From NCBI GenBank assembly GCA_951804945.1, contig OX638162.1, forward strand, positions 35,340,001 to 35,404,000: a stretch of 64,000 nt of DNA. The letters run 5' to 3'. The notes under the pieces were generated by a model, which ran no database searches, was not told where the DNA came from, and saw only the letters and a program-made list of their open reading frames with translations. Of the stretch, positions 35,231 to 49,460 are shown in pieces (position 1 is the first letter of the stretch; the number at the start of each line of letters is the position of its first letter). The position numbers were made by a program, and so were the translations under genes. Source of the stretch: Podarcis cretensis (taxonomy: Eukaryota).

Positions 35231-38200
35231 CTGACCTGCCTGAGTATTTGCTGAAGCAGCTGAAAATCACCAACACACCCCTCTGTTCAAAAGGCTTGGT
35301 TGCTTTCTATAATTGAGACGGGATTATTTCAATCTCTCTTCATCATGTTTCCATTCCCACTTCTCACAAATAGCTGGGAAATTATGAAACCAGGAACTCC
35401 AGTTATCATTGCCCTAATGAATTATGTCTCCATATTTCAACTGAATATTTGCTTATGTTTCACTGATTTCCTAACACAATGCATGATTTAAAATTCTAGC
35501 AGTCCATTTAAATGATCTACATGTTTTGCGGGGTTGGGGGTAGAGGGAGCCAGCAGCTATTATGAAGTAAATAGATTGTTCTGGAGAGGTATCTTGGGTG
35601 TCTTATCTTATCTATTTTATTAGCTTTGGTTTGCTTTATTGTGGAGACGGCAATACTAAAAGCAAACTGATTATATCATCACATTTTAAACAATTGCAAC
35701 AGCCGCTCAGAAAAAGGGGAAAGGTTGGAGGCAGGAAGGTTGCTAAGTGGAGGAACATATATATTGGTAGAACAATGGAGAATAAGAAAGATAGAGGAGA
35801 TAATGAAAAGCTGCTCCCTAGAAAATTCAGAAATTAAATAATTAGCTACAAACTACCCTGAAACTAAACGAAAACAAAAAGCCCCAGCCATGCAGTTTTG
35901 CAACTGCTGGATTTTATCCACGCTCGACAGGTGAACCTAAAAGCCAAACAGGGGGCAGGATCAAGCTGCATCTATCAATTAAGTTTGGCTTATGCGGAAT
36001 GAGAAAACATCTCAACTTGACAAGATCCTCACATGAAGCTAAAAGAAGAGGAGGAAAAATCAAGTAAGAAAGAAATGTCATTGCTTGATTTCTCAAGTGT
36101 ATTAAACTCCATTTTCACTAGGATATGGCTGAAGGGCGAGAGAGCTATTGCAGTTTTATAACATGTGGCCACAAAGGTCAATTTTACAGGTTGTTTGTGG
36201 TATAGCTTGCAGAGTGATTCATGCTTTTGATCTCCTATTTGTGGCCTGCCCTCATCAGAAAGAGGACTGTATAAGATCTCATTAGCCACAGGAGCTGGAT
36301 GCTGAAAACCGTCTTCCACATGAGCAACTGGAAAGTTAGTTTCTACACATACCTATATGGTCATCCAAGCATCATTATTAGAATTCAAGGACAACGTTCT
36401 AGCTTGGCAAAAGCACCCAGGGTATGAAGCAGAGTCAGTGAGGGGTATGGGCAGGCTAGCATTCCGAGGGCCAGGTAGAGTGGCCTGAAGGACCAAATTT
36501 GGCTACTGTGCCTGAGGTTCCCTACCCTTGTTTCAACATCTGCACAGCATGTGGGACAGGCCAAGCACTTCTAGTAGTGTATAGGTGGTCAGAAACAGGT
36601 TCCCTAATTGTTTGGCTTGCTTTGCCACTTTGCTGGCCAATCGAATAGACCCAGTTGTCTTTTATCCAGAAATGCATTCCACGTAGTTCCTCCTCGCTCT
36701 CTGCTTCACTCCTGCCTGCGGTCACAAGTTAGAAGCTACTTTCAAAATAGATTCTCTTCAGAAACCCTGGCAGAAATAAATGAACCCGAGGCACCCTTTT
36801 AATTATTTATGATATAGTAAAGAGAGTAAAAGGAACAACAGATGAATAATAGCTATTTGGAAAATACTTTGCATAATACTCTGAATTTGCATAATGCACA
36901 TATTAATGGCGAACCAAGAGTGTTTAATATATTTTAAATTATTTTGCCATTAGTTTAGATAAAGGTTTCCTATTAACATGAAATTATAGGTGACCTTTGC
37001 AGGGAGAGAGAGCATTAACAAATTCAGGAATAAAGCTTAGAAGTATTCCTCTCTAAAAAGCCTGCTCTTGGGAAAACAAAAGCTAAAAGAAAATTATCCT
37101 GATTAATAAGCGATGCTATCTGTGTACTTTGGAAAACACTATCAGGGCCGAATACAAGGGTAAGTTGTCAGGATAAACATGTTACTCCACAAAAATCAGA
37201 AGTCCCCAAAGCCCACTTGACTATTACTACTTTTTTTAAAAAAAGTAATGCATAAATGCAAAGCTTTTTGTTTTCTTTTTAATAGAAGAAAAATCTATAT
37301 TTCATTTATTTATAGCATTTATACCCCCAGCTTTTAGCCAAAAGGGCTATAATAGCAGCTTACTAAAATCAGTGCTAAGACTGTTTCCTGCCCTGAAAGG
37401 GCTCACAATCTAGAAAAGACATAGCACACAAGGAAAAAGAAACTGGAGGGAGGAGGGGAAAACAAGCTCAAGCACAAATCACAGCTAACTATCTCATCCT
37501 AGAGAAAAGCAGTCCCTTCTGGGACGTACTCCTGTCTCTCCCAATCAAGTCCAGGAGCAAAGCTGGTAACAACATCCAGGCCATCTCCTACCAAACAGTT
37601 CTTCTTTTAGGCAGCTGACTTGATGGGAGGTAAAATCCTACTGTAATAGGAGGGCACCTGAGGAATAACCCTCCTCCCTCACCAATGTTAGTGACAAGTG
37701 TGTGCACTGTGTATAAAAGGACTAGCTGGCCAGTACCGGCGAAAAGCGAAGTTAGCTGTGTTAGGTGAAGACAAAGCCTTCCAGATGTATGGAGGTGTAT
37801 AAAATACTGAGCCTGTTGCAAAAGCCACACTGTGCCCAGTCTAAGGTTTCAGGAAGAGTTGGCATTCTCTGGAAGAGTTTCCAGAGTCTGGAATACCCCT
37901 TTTTAGATGGCATCCCTCCAACCCTTCCACTACAGCTTCTCAGTCTAGGAACTTTGCAAACCCAGTTAGTTGGATGAGGAGCTTTACAAGATACTGTCTA
38001 TATTCCAGTTGATGAGAAAAAGCAGGAGTGGAAGAGAGAAGCTGTTGGAACTGGATTGTTCTGTCTGTGCCCCACTGTGTTTCCCAGCCTCACTATTACC
38101 GATCAGAAAGACAACCACAGTCCCATTTATGTGACTTACTGGTACATTCTGGTGCACCAGGCACACATGGACACACTAGATTATGCTAGATCTTGTTCCT

Positions 38201-39049
38201 CATAGAGACGGCAGTATTAAAATGAGACATGGCATATGTCATTGCACTTCAGCACAACTGCATTATAATGCATTACAAGGGATGCTATCAAAAAATTGAA
38301 AATCCAACGAGTGTTTCGCTTAGTTACAGTAATTTTTCAATGCTATTCCAATCTTGTGCAAATTAGAAACCACTTACGGCTCTGACGACTGACAGGAAAC
38401 TGAATGAGGTTCTCATTATGCTTTTAATAGGCTTACTGGTTTTTTCCTATTAAAGGGTTCTTCATGGGGTGGGGTGGGTGAATTATATGGCATACCTCTA
38501 TATTCAGACCAGGTACAGGCTGCTCCATCAAATTCAGCATAAAATTTTGCATTCTTTCATATGATGATTTACACTGCATAATTTTCCTTTGGGAGAAAAG
38601 GGTTCCATTACCTTACACTTCAAATAGTTTCAAAAACTATTCCCCAGGAGTAAACCCATGCTAGGGCTGCACTTCTTACAAGTTCACCAGGTGGAAGGGG
38701 GGGGGTACACTCAAATGATTTATTTATTCAATGTTTGTATATTCCATTATAAGGAGCTGTTGAAAGGTGACTCCAAGTCACCTCTCTGGCCTCATCGTGG
38801 CCAAGTATAAACACAGCTGTGCCAGGAATTGGCTGGTATGGAGTTTGGCTGGTATGTGATGGGAATGAGGCCCCACCCTTATCAGCTGATAAAGACTCAA
38901 ACAAACAGCAAGAGCAGGAACAGCAGGCATATATCTATGAAGCTCCACAGTGTACAAGACTAACAGATAGAAGCCTTTACCACTTTGGTTGAGGAAAGTT
39001 AAACAAAACAAAAAAAAAATATTCCAGACTCTGGCAGAGTGGCAGAGCA

Positions 39050-39460
39050 TAAGACATGTCCTTTGGATCAGGACAATGGCCCATCTAGTCCAGGATGCTG
39101 TTCTCATGGTGGCCACCCAAATGCCTGTGAGAAGCCTGGAAACTGAGAATGTGCACAACAGGACTCTGTCCATTTGGATTCTCAGCAATGGATAGTCAGA
39201 GGCATACTGCCTCTGACAGTGAAGGTAGAACTTAGTCTAGTCATCCACCTTTTCCATAAGTTTATCCAATCCTTTTTTAAAGTCATCCAAGTGGGTGGCC
39301 GTCACTGCCTCTTGTGGAAGTGAGTTCCACAGATTAACTATGCACTGGGTTAAAAAGGACTTCATTTGGTCTGCCCTGAATCTTCCAACATGCAGCTTCA
39401 CTGGATGTCCATGTGTTCTAGTATTATGTGAGAGGGAGAAAAACTGTTCTCTACCCATAG
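39050..39460 (-). mobile_element. CR1 LINE 3' end
   Basis: ORF 39237-39458 translates to the CR1 ORF2 C-terminus (FFSLSHNTRTHGHPVKL..GRFR...NLWNSLP), followed by the 3' UTR. Confidence 0.9.
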
Positions 39461-41188
39461 CTCAGTAGGACAGGACAAGCAGGGGGAAGAATAAGAGACA
39501 AAGTAAACTTTGGGACTGTTTAAGGATTAAACAATGTGGCCAAACAATATTGTTTGAACTTTGTAGCCAATGGAACAAGTTGTGGCATGTGCTTGGTTGT
39601 GAGGTGTATGTGGTGCCCACAACAGTTTCAACAGTTTTCAAGTGTGCCTGCAGGCACAAAAAGTTGGCAAGCCCTGATGTAGGCAGCATGCCTCCTGCTT
39701 GCCCCCACTGGACACACCAAAACGGCGCTGGAGAGAAGACTGGGGCGATTTTAACAGGAATTCCTATCAATGAGTAAAAAGAGACATATTGCCATCAACA
39801 GTGGAAACAGAACACAGCCATCCTAAATCCACATTATTTTATTTCCACATTATATGTACAAATTGCATTTAAATGTACATTTTTTTTAAAAAAAGATATC
39901 AACACATTTTCTGAGCTCAAAACTGTGTTGGAACATTCAAGGAGCCACAGGCTGTCTTGGTAGCTATTCATACATTAGTCTGGAATATGTAGTCAATTCA
40001 TACTCTCAAGAATATCTAGCTGAAATGAGATCTAAACAAGGATGCCCAAGCTCACAGGTCTATGCCCTGGAGAGGCATACTGGAGAGACACAGCTGTGCA
40101 TATAAACACAGAAGTTGTTTTACTTCAATATGCAGAATATTCCAAATATTATTTCTGTCTTTTGTGTTAAATCACCCTTGCTAGCACTCTCATACTTCTT
40201 GTCTGATCATTAACCACTGACGTAATTAATATGCACTCACTGAAGACCCAGCACAGTAAGAACATAATCACCTATTGATTTGATTCATGGAGGTGCCTGT
40301 GCAAGGAAGCCAAGATAGATTGGATTCCTTAAAGTGTCTCAGATACAGAAGCAGAAACCTGGAGCAAGGAGGGAGTTACCAACTGTGGTGGGGTGCTAAT
40401 TAACAACTCAATTAAAAAAGGCAAATTAAACTTTATGGTTCGCTATCCTTCACTGCTTAATAAACTGTTGTGCTAAGCAAATGATTAAAAATGATTGTCC
40501 TAGGGAAAAAAGGTAAGATACCTTTTTTCTTCCGTTTCTTCTTTTTGAGAAAAAATAAATTGCAGAAAAGCTGCTAGTGTACTCTGTAACCTGGATGTGA
40601 CTGCTTATTTTTGTAAGCTAGCAGGAATTTTGCTCAGTTCAGTAGAAAAGAGAGCATGAAAAAACATGAAATCATTTTGCAACTACATAGAATTTCATAT
40701 TCTTTTTCTGCTGTGTTTTCTTTTTTTCAACAGGCCTTATATGTTTGCATTCTTCACTTCCATTCTTTCAGTGAAAGGTCCTTAGGGTTTCTGAGTTTCA
40801 GCCTCAGATTCCCCCCCCCTTTCTTTGTGCAAATTCATGCACACAGACACACAGGGGGTTATGGTAACTTGGTAAGATAAAAGCCTGGTTAATTCTCATA
40901 CACATAACTCAAGGGGGGGGGCGGTGAGTAAAGCACATCCCTTCCCTACCCCTAAATACTTGCCCCTTGTTACCACTGTTAGTAAAGACTGAAATATGCT
41001 CACAAAAGCAGGAACAGCAACGAAGTGGAAACACATTTACAGTACTGTGGAATGGGAAGTAAAACAAAGTTGTTGGCTAACATATACTGATCTCCTTTCA
41101 ATTTTACCAACAGAGGTTTGGGGAAAGTTAGCCACTGCAGAGAAATATATGTACCGGGATCATCTCATCATTCTAGAGCCTTCCAACT

Positions 41189-41225
<37 letters not shown>

Positions 41226-42169
41226 GGTGCATCTACTTTAAATCAGTCCTAACATGAAATACCATTTTTATGATGGAGCCATTCTATAACCTTGTAAAAA
41301 GCTGGCAAAGTAGGCAATTGTGTTGTTTCATTTAAAAAAAAAAATGGCAAGGAAGACCTGGCTTACCAGCCCCTTCTTCTCCGCTCACAATGCCAGGTGC
41401 ATCAGGTAGCCCCACTGACATGCTGAATTAGCAGAACCTGAAGGAGCCCTGTCAGTCAATCACTAAGAGGAATACGATAATCCTTGCAAGTCAGCAGAAT
41501 AAAACACATAGAGGGCTGGTGGAAAGGCATTGCAAGTTGCAAACGCTCTGCGATAGGTTTTCAAATCATTCTATACACCTTTTAAAGATAAGAGGCAGAT
41601 GGAGAGCGGAGATGGGATGTGAAGAAAAGTGTACAGGAAAGGAGATGGGAAGGTGAATGCTTTCAAAAAAAAAGAGGGGGGGGAGAGAGGAGAGAAATAA
41701 TGGGAACAATAGTTAAGTAAAAAACATGAAAAGAAAAGGGGAGAAAGACATCAAGGAGGAGAAAGCCTGATGGATTCAGACCTTCATTCTCATAAGATTC
41801 ACTTGGCAATTAAAGCACACACACTTGATGTTTGACCTTCAGTTCAAACTGCAGAAAACTATCAGTAACAAACACTGTCCTGGTTATTGCTGAGGTTATT
41901 GAGTAACTTTCCAAATTCCCTCTTAAGATGCAAGAGGGTTTCCCCCCCTGCTTTAACTTCTGAAGTGTTAAATTAACAAAGAGGGGGGAAACAGCCCTTT
42001 GCATATTCAGTGCTCTGGATCCAATCTATAGAGAGTTAGTTTCAAAGAACCAGAAGCAGAAGGAACATAGTCGCCAGTGCTTTTACGCAAATGCTGAAGA
42101 AGTGTTGTAGCAGGCAGGTTCTGCAGCAGTACACAATCTGGGAGTAAGAAACAGGCACTAGTTTTGGTT

Positions 42170-42515
42170 ACAACTTTATTCTAACTACCTATCTATTTAG
42201 TAAATGTTTTTCCTGCCCTTCCCCCCCAAAAAAGTCCAAATGCGCAAAGAATAATTCAGTTAAAACATATTTTTAAAAAACTTCAAAACAGATGCATTGT
42301 GAAAAAGTTCTCAACCTAAAAGGCTTGTTAGAAAAGGAAGGTCTTCATTAGGAGTTAAAAAGGCAAAAGAAAAGGTCCCTGACTAATATTTAATGGCTGG
42401 GAATTCTTACATTGTGTAGAATGAACCTCTTGAGAAAATGGTATCTGCAGAAAGCCATCACCTGCAGAGTACAGTGATCAGCTGGGTATATAAGGGGCGA
42501 GATAATCTTTCAGGT
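42170..42515 (-). mobile_element. L2-clade LINE 3' remnant
   Basis: Homologous to 18340-18660. Confidence 0.6.
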
Positions 42516-45500
42516 ACATTATTAATTGTACAGGCAATCAACATGGCATGTGGGGATAGTAGAGGCCTTCATTACTAACACCCTTGTTTACCCAAGGAGC
42601 TGGACTGGCTCTTCATGTAGTATTTGACTGAGCTCTCCAACCATGGTGAATCCCTACTTATTATCTGACAACAGGGCTATTCAAGTTCCCATTTCTCAAT
42701 AATTGCCCCAAATCTTTGGGGTAGTATCACAGGGTAGCAGCCTCTAGGAACATAGGAACCTGCCTTATACCTAGCCAACTCATTGGTCAGTAACGTCTAC
42801 AATGACTGGCAGCAGATCTCCAAGATTTCAGACTGCAGTCTTTCCTAGCTGTACTCAGAGATATCAGGCTTTAAACCAGGGACCTTCTGCAAACAAAGCA
42901 GTTGCTTTGCCTCTGCACCGTGCACTTTCCCCATGATAAGTCATCCTGACTTCACCTTTCAAGTGCCTCCATTTCCCCCTTTTCTTTTTCTGAACAATAT
43001 AAATTTAAGTGATGACCAAGGAAAGATAAAAACCCTTGGCCAATCTGGATGGCAAGTGAAAAATTTCTTCCTAATCTCCAGTCAGAGGACAAGAAAACTC
43101 CTGGGGTAACCCTGAACCCTTGGAGTTGGTGGGACCTGTTTCCTGCCTGACCCCAATTGAGGTCAAGCCACGTGTAAAATGAGGCCAATAATCCTCACCA
43201 GGATATTGTTTCCTGAATTTCACAATAATGAAATCTCATTTACCATAAGATTTTGATTTTGTAAGTTCTTGTGAGCTCCGGTCAGATGATTGATCCTATA
43301 GAGGAGGAGGCAAGGCACAAGGCAGGTCAGCAGTTTCAGGACCATAGACAGCTCTGATCAAGCCAGATGCCCTGAAAAGGGTTGGGAATTGACAGAGGTA
43401 TTTTATGCCTCTGTGCCCTCTAGGCACCTCCTCTTTATGGGTAACTTTAGAGCATTTAAGAACCAACCCCTGGCCTGAAGATGTACACTCCTTTTCCATT
43501 CTACAACCTCCCTCCTGTTGTATTCCTTCAGACACTGAACCAGTGACATGCATCTGGTTCCTCAGGCTCAGGGGAAGACACCCAACAGGCTCTGGTGGTT
43601 CAGGACGTTCTTCTGGGGACTCCTGTCTGACAGCCTCATGCACAGTGGTCCCCTATCTCCAGGAGTTGACTTAATCCTCCTGTACTTGATCCAGTGCCTT
43701 GGCTGGTGTTTCTGTACCCTCCCATCTCCATCTCTAGACTGCTGCTGGATTCAGGGCTTGTGCCAGGTGGTGGAGAGCTCCCGGAAGCCACCAGACAAAA
43801 TAAGAGTTTCTCCTGGGAACAAATGAAAGAATCTCTTGGTTGTTCTAGGCTAGGAAAAAACACAGCTATGAGCTTCAGAAGTCAGCAAACAGTGATCAAA
43901 GGACTCTGTTTCCTGCAGGTGACTCTGTGCAAGTCTCTTCTCATCAGGCAAACCACCTCTTGCTCGTGAGTCCATGCTTTGGCTTGAGGATAAGATTGCA
44001 CAAGCAGGAAAAAAACTGGGTTTAATTTCTTTTTTCTCATATAATGTGATACTGTGAGATGTAACACTTTCCTTCTGTTAACAGAAGGCTCCTTCCATGA
44101 GTGGAAGGAAAGCTTCTCATTCCAACCCAGTATCTTCAACATATTAAATCAATCAATGCACAATGTGGGATTTTTAAAAAAATTATTTGCATTTATTTTG
44201 TGTGTGTGTGCGCATGTGCGTGCATGCATGCATGTGTGTGTAGTTGCATTGTTTGCTGTCTTGTCTTTGACCGCAATAAAGATTGATTGGTTGGTTGGTT
44301 GCATGGTTTTACTAATGTTTTAACTCTACCCTTCCACAGACAGTACTCAAGGAAGCTCACAAAATACTATTTAAATATTTGTTACTAAAATACTAAAGAC
44401 ATGTTAATAAGATTACTGGTCTAAGAGCAATTAATAATCTACAATACCGATAATGACTGCAGTAAAATGACTAAGAAACCATAAAAATCATCAAATTAAT
44501 TGTTTGTAAGGGTTACTGACATACCGTGAATTTTAGAAAATGAGGGGGCTTTTTTACTCTGGACAGGATTTAAAAAATTGACTCCTGTGCACCTACAATC
44601 TAAAGTGGCACAACTCAGTCTGCATAAAGAATGTCTCTAAGTCCCACTGATTCAATCTATTTCTTGCCTATGTTTTTATAGTGCAGTGCTGTAGCTTTGC
44701 CCACAACACTGAGCTGTGCTATATGGCCAGAGCATTATTCCCAGACACTCTGGAGGGTCATGCAAAATCAAATAAAGCTGCTGCTTTATTGTCAATTGTA
44801 GATATAACACTCTGCTTGCTACTGGCAAATTTTCACATGCAAAAAGTTCCAGTCCCTACACAAACAAATAGGATTGAATGCTTGTGATGTTAGATTGATT
44901 TATTTTCAAAGTACATATATTTATGAATATCTCTGTCAATATTTGCATGCACCCAGAGAAAATGAAGTTTATTTTCCAATTTAATTCCTGGATCAGGAAT
45001 AGCCAACATGGCACACGCAACATGTTGTTGAACAATCCCCATCATTCTTGGCCTAGCTGGAGTTGATGAGAGCTGAAGTCCAACAACATCTGGAGGGCAT
45101 TGCATTAGCTGCTCCTGTCCTAGAAGCACGAGACATGTCCTATGGTTACCTGAACCACCTTTCCTCCACTTTAGTAAGGGTTAACAATGCATTTCAAACA
45201 TCTAGTCGCCTTTCTCAGGACTGAGTAGAATTTTGGGGGGGAGGGGAGACCCACACTGGCCCTTCTGGCTCCTCTTTTCGGCCTGTTCCACATTTTAGGG
45301 TGCTTTCATTCGCTTTTGCTGTATGTACTTTTTGGTGTGTTTGGCATTCAGTACAGGCAAGGGAATTTAAGAACTTAATTGTCAGGCATTGTAGGGTTTA
45401 GGGACACTCTTGAATCATGGCTTTTGGCTTCAAGAATCCTTAAAACTGCCTTTTAGGCCTGATGGGTGCACCTTGGTGAATGCTGGACAGTCAGAAAGCA

Positions 45501-46564
45501 TGGTAGGTTCACATGCTGGACAGCATGTTGGGTTCGCATACTCAAGACTTACTCAGCAAGGAGGGATAACTTTTCCCCATTGTCTTATCCTTTCTTTGGA
45601 ACTAAATTACTAAGATTTCACTCTCTTGGTCCATGATAAATTGCATTAAACCAGCATCCCCCAAAGTGATGAGCTCCAGCTGCTCTGAACTACAGCTCCC
45701 ATCAGCCTCAGGTAGTGCCAGGCGGAGGAAGGTTGTGCTTAAGCATGCAAACAGACCTTTTAGGGAAACAGCTTTTCCAAACTTAAGTGGAAAAAAAGAA
45801 AGGATTTATCACTCCATGAATTGAATGTGAAACTTTCTAATCATGTAAGGAAACCAGGACACCCTTCAAGGTGCTTCACAGACCATTCCATTTATTTCAA
45901 CTGGTAGAAGGCAAGAAACATCAGGCCCATCACAATTAGCTCTTGTAATGAGGTGCCCTCAGGAGATAAATGCTGGTTATGTTTTATATCATCCATCCAT
46001 GGCCATTGATAACAAAGAAACGATGCTTGGCAATTTCTTCTTGCTCAAGAATAAAAAGTGTCAACAATTAATCATACCCTAGTAAATTGCACTTGGGTTC
46101 ATTTTCAGCAATTAGTTGAAATGTATTGTAATTTTCTTTCCACAGCTGTTGACAACGAATCTGACAGGCTCTGAAACATGTTACCAGTGAGAAATCTAAC
46201 TTCAAAAAAAGAGTAACTTTTAACTTACAGTAACACGTGGCCTGCCTATTCCTGTCCAAATTTTTATCTCTGCATATCCCTGAGTATGTAAATTAAATGT
46301 TTAGAGCTCCATCTACAGTTGTATGCAATCACACACCATTGGCACACCATTATAATACACCAGTTTAATTTCACAGCAACCTATCAAGATGGTAGAGATT
46401 TTGTATAAAGTTCATCTGATCTTACCGCAAATGGATTGAGCTTTGGAAGTTCCTGATTCCCAACTCACATATGAGCACTCTTGAGTGAACACAAGCTTGT
46501 GAAGAATTAAACTTAAAAAAAAAACCCACACACACAAACACACATAACATAAACATATAGTTTA

Positions 46565-46925
46565 AAAAAGGTAAAGGACCCCTGACAGTTAAGTCCAGTA
46601 GTGAATGACTCTGGGGTTGCGGCGCTCATCTCGCTTTACTGGCCGAGGAAGCCGACGTTTGTCGGCAAACAGTTTTTCTGGGTCATGTGGCCAGCATGAC
46701 TAAGCTGCTTCTGGTGAAACCAGAACAGTGCATGGAAACGCCGTTTACCTTCCTGCCAGAGCAGTACCTATTTATCTACTTGCACTTTGATGTGCTTTCA
46801 AACTGCTAGGCTGGCAGGAGCTGGGCAACGGGAGCTCACCCCGTTGTGGGGATTCGAACCGCCAACCTTCCAATCAGCAAGCCCAAGAGGCTCAGTGGTT
46901 TAGACCACAACGCCACCTACGTCCC
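46565..46925 (-). mobile_element. Full-length Sauria SINE (different subfamily from the 7851 copy)
   Basis: Reverse A/B boxes, aaaggtaaagg tail, perfect 15-bp TSD taaacatatagttta (46550-64, 46926-40). Confidence 0.95.
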
Positions 46926-48859
46926 TAAACATATAGTTTACAGACCAGGAAAAAATGATCTATAAGGGAATTAGGTTGCTGCTTCCTCGCATTGTCTTCT
47001 GGTCATCTTTATCCCCGTTGCCTCTTAATTAAAGCTCCAGACTCTGGAATATGCTCCAGCTACAATGTTTCCCATTTGCTGCAGTTGTGTGTCTACCCAA
47101 CTTCCTCACTCAACCTAGCATCCTGGTGCAGCCATTATTTGGGGTCTTCCACCAGTGTGGGGTTTGGGTGCAGCACCAACAAAGTGACTTCAAGTGTGGT
47201 GGAACTTGGGAGGCTCTTCACAGACAGGTGTTAAATATTCAGACATCTGGGAAGGGGTAGGGGAGGACCTGGAGACCTGGAGCATATCTGACACCAGTTT
47301 TTCCAAAGGACAATTTTTGTTGGCAAGTTTAGCTTTTGCCCTGTGTATGGTGAAAGAAAAATTGAATGTGATACAGGGCAAATGTAGAACATGCTGCACA
47401 GCCAAATGAAATGACAATGCAGCTTTTAGGCTATTGGTAGCTGCCTTTTGGCTTACTTGGCAGGGACAATTCTTTCACAGTTTTCAGCATCCACTGATTG
47501 CCAAAAGGTAGTAAATATGCACTTTTCAGCCACACACAATTTGTTAAAGGAAGACAAGAAATCACAAAGACAGTTTATTTTTCTCTCTTGTTATATAAAA
47601 CACACACACACACACACAAACAGCAAAGGTAAAGTTATCTGCAAGTAGAAATATCTGCCTAGAAAAACGTTTGAATCCAAGTTAACAGTATTTAAATGCA
47701 AGTGAAATCTCTATCCATCTTCAGTGGATATAAACTATGAGGGGCACATTTCCTCTTATGGAAATAATTTGTTTTCAAATAGTTACACAAATGTAGCTGT
47801 GACTGTCTTCTTTTCTTTTTTAAAAAAGACAGGCTGTTCTATCTTTTAAAAATATGTTATTTCACATAAAACTGCAAAATGTCAGCAGTTACAAACATAA
47901 TTATTTCAATTAGGAGCAACAGAGATCTTTAAAATAGTATTTCCAGACCTTGAGTGGCAAAAGGTGATGGGTGTCAGGTAAGAAAGAGACTTCCCCTACC
48001 CCAACTCACCCACTTTGAGGAATAAAGGCATTGACATTATGAGACATGCTTTTGTCACCACTTCAGTTTTAGACAAGAATGTCATGAAGTCTTTATATGT
48101 ACTTGAATGTTCAAACCCCATCAAAATAATTAAATGTGTCAACATTTCTAGTCACAACTAAAACTGTTATAATCTTATTCAACTTAAGCTGAAATAACTA
48201 CTGCCTCCTGAAGTAAAATGCTGTAGAACATATTACTGCAGTGGTAGCAGTAACATCAGTCAGTGCTGTGCTGAAACCTGTCCTCTGATATATTGAAAAA
48301 GAGTGTTCAGTTTTTCCCCTGCCTTATTTGCAGGGCACTTTAGAATTCAGCTTTCCATATTGTTGTGAAGTAACCATTTCATCCTTTCTTTATTTGTTGG
48401 AATTGTACCTTGCTTTGGTCTGGAGCCCCCAAAGCAAATAAGGTAAAAGAAACAGTAATAATAATAATTATTTATATGCCGCCCATCTGATTGGGTTACC
48501 CCAGCCCCTCTGGGTAGCTTCCAACAAATTAAAACAAGGGATGGAGAACCTGAGGCCCTTCAGATTTTTTTTGTAATACAACTCCCATCATGCCTGACCA
48601 ATGTCCATGTTGGCTGATGCTGATGGCAATTGGGGTCCAACAGTATATGGAGGGTCACCAGTGCACCAAACCAAATAGACAAAATATTCCAGTGAATGTG
48701 CAGATGAGTAGAAATTATGGGATTTTGCCTCCTTCCCTTTCTCCCCACTTCTCTCTCACAGGGCAGTTGATCTTATATGTGATGTCCCAGAATATGGTTG
48801 AGCAAAAGTGGAAGTGGGGGAGAAAGGGAGATTCAGAAAGCATAGGAAAAATACCTTCA

Positions 48860-49460
48860 AAAAAGATATTGCAGAGTTGGAAAAGGTTCATGAAAGGGCA
48901 ACCAAAATGATCAAAGGGGATGGAATCATTCCCCTATGAAGAAAGTTTGCAGCATCTTTTACTTTTTAGTTCAGAGGAAAAGCAAGCAAGAAGGTGAGAT
49001 GATAGCAGGTTATGAAGTTATGCATGGCATGGAGAAAGTGGATAAATAAAAAAGTTTTTCTCCCTCTCTCATAACACCAGAACTCATGGAAATCCAGTGA
49101 AGCTGAATGTGGAAAGATTCAGAACAGATTGTTTTTAAAAGCACCTCTCAGTCGGCACATTATGGAACTTGCTCATGGAGGAGGCAGGATAGCTACCAGC
49201 TTGGATGACTTTAAAAGAGGGCTGGACAAATTAATGGAGGATAAGGCTATCAATGGATGCTAGTAGCTATGTTGCCTATGCTCTGTCTCCATGGTTGGAG
49301 GCATAATGCTTCTGAATAACAGTTGCTGGAAACCATGGGGAGATAGGAAGTGATTTTGTATTCAGATCCTGTTTGTGGGTTTCCCACAAGCACCTGGTTG
49401 GGAAAGAATGCTGGACCAGATGGACCTTTGGCTTGATCCAGCAGGTTCTTATCTTCTTAA
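48860..49460 (+). mobile_element. CR1 LINE 3' end
   Basis: Frameshifted ORF2 C-terminus plus 3' UTR, homologous to 62612-63365. Confidence 0.88.

Noticed and set aside
43270-43797. Possible additional solo LTR (tgtgag...cagaca)
   Set aside because: No TSD or clear poly(A) signal, so the boundaries cannot be supported.
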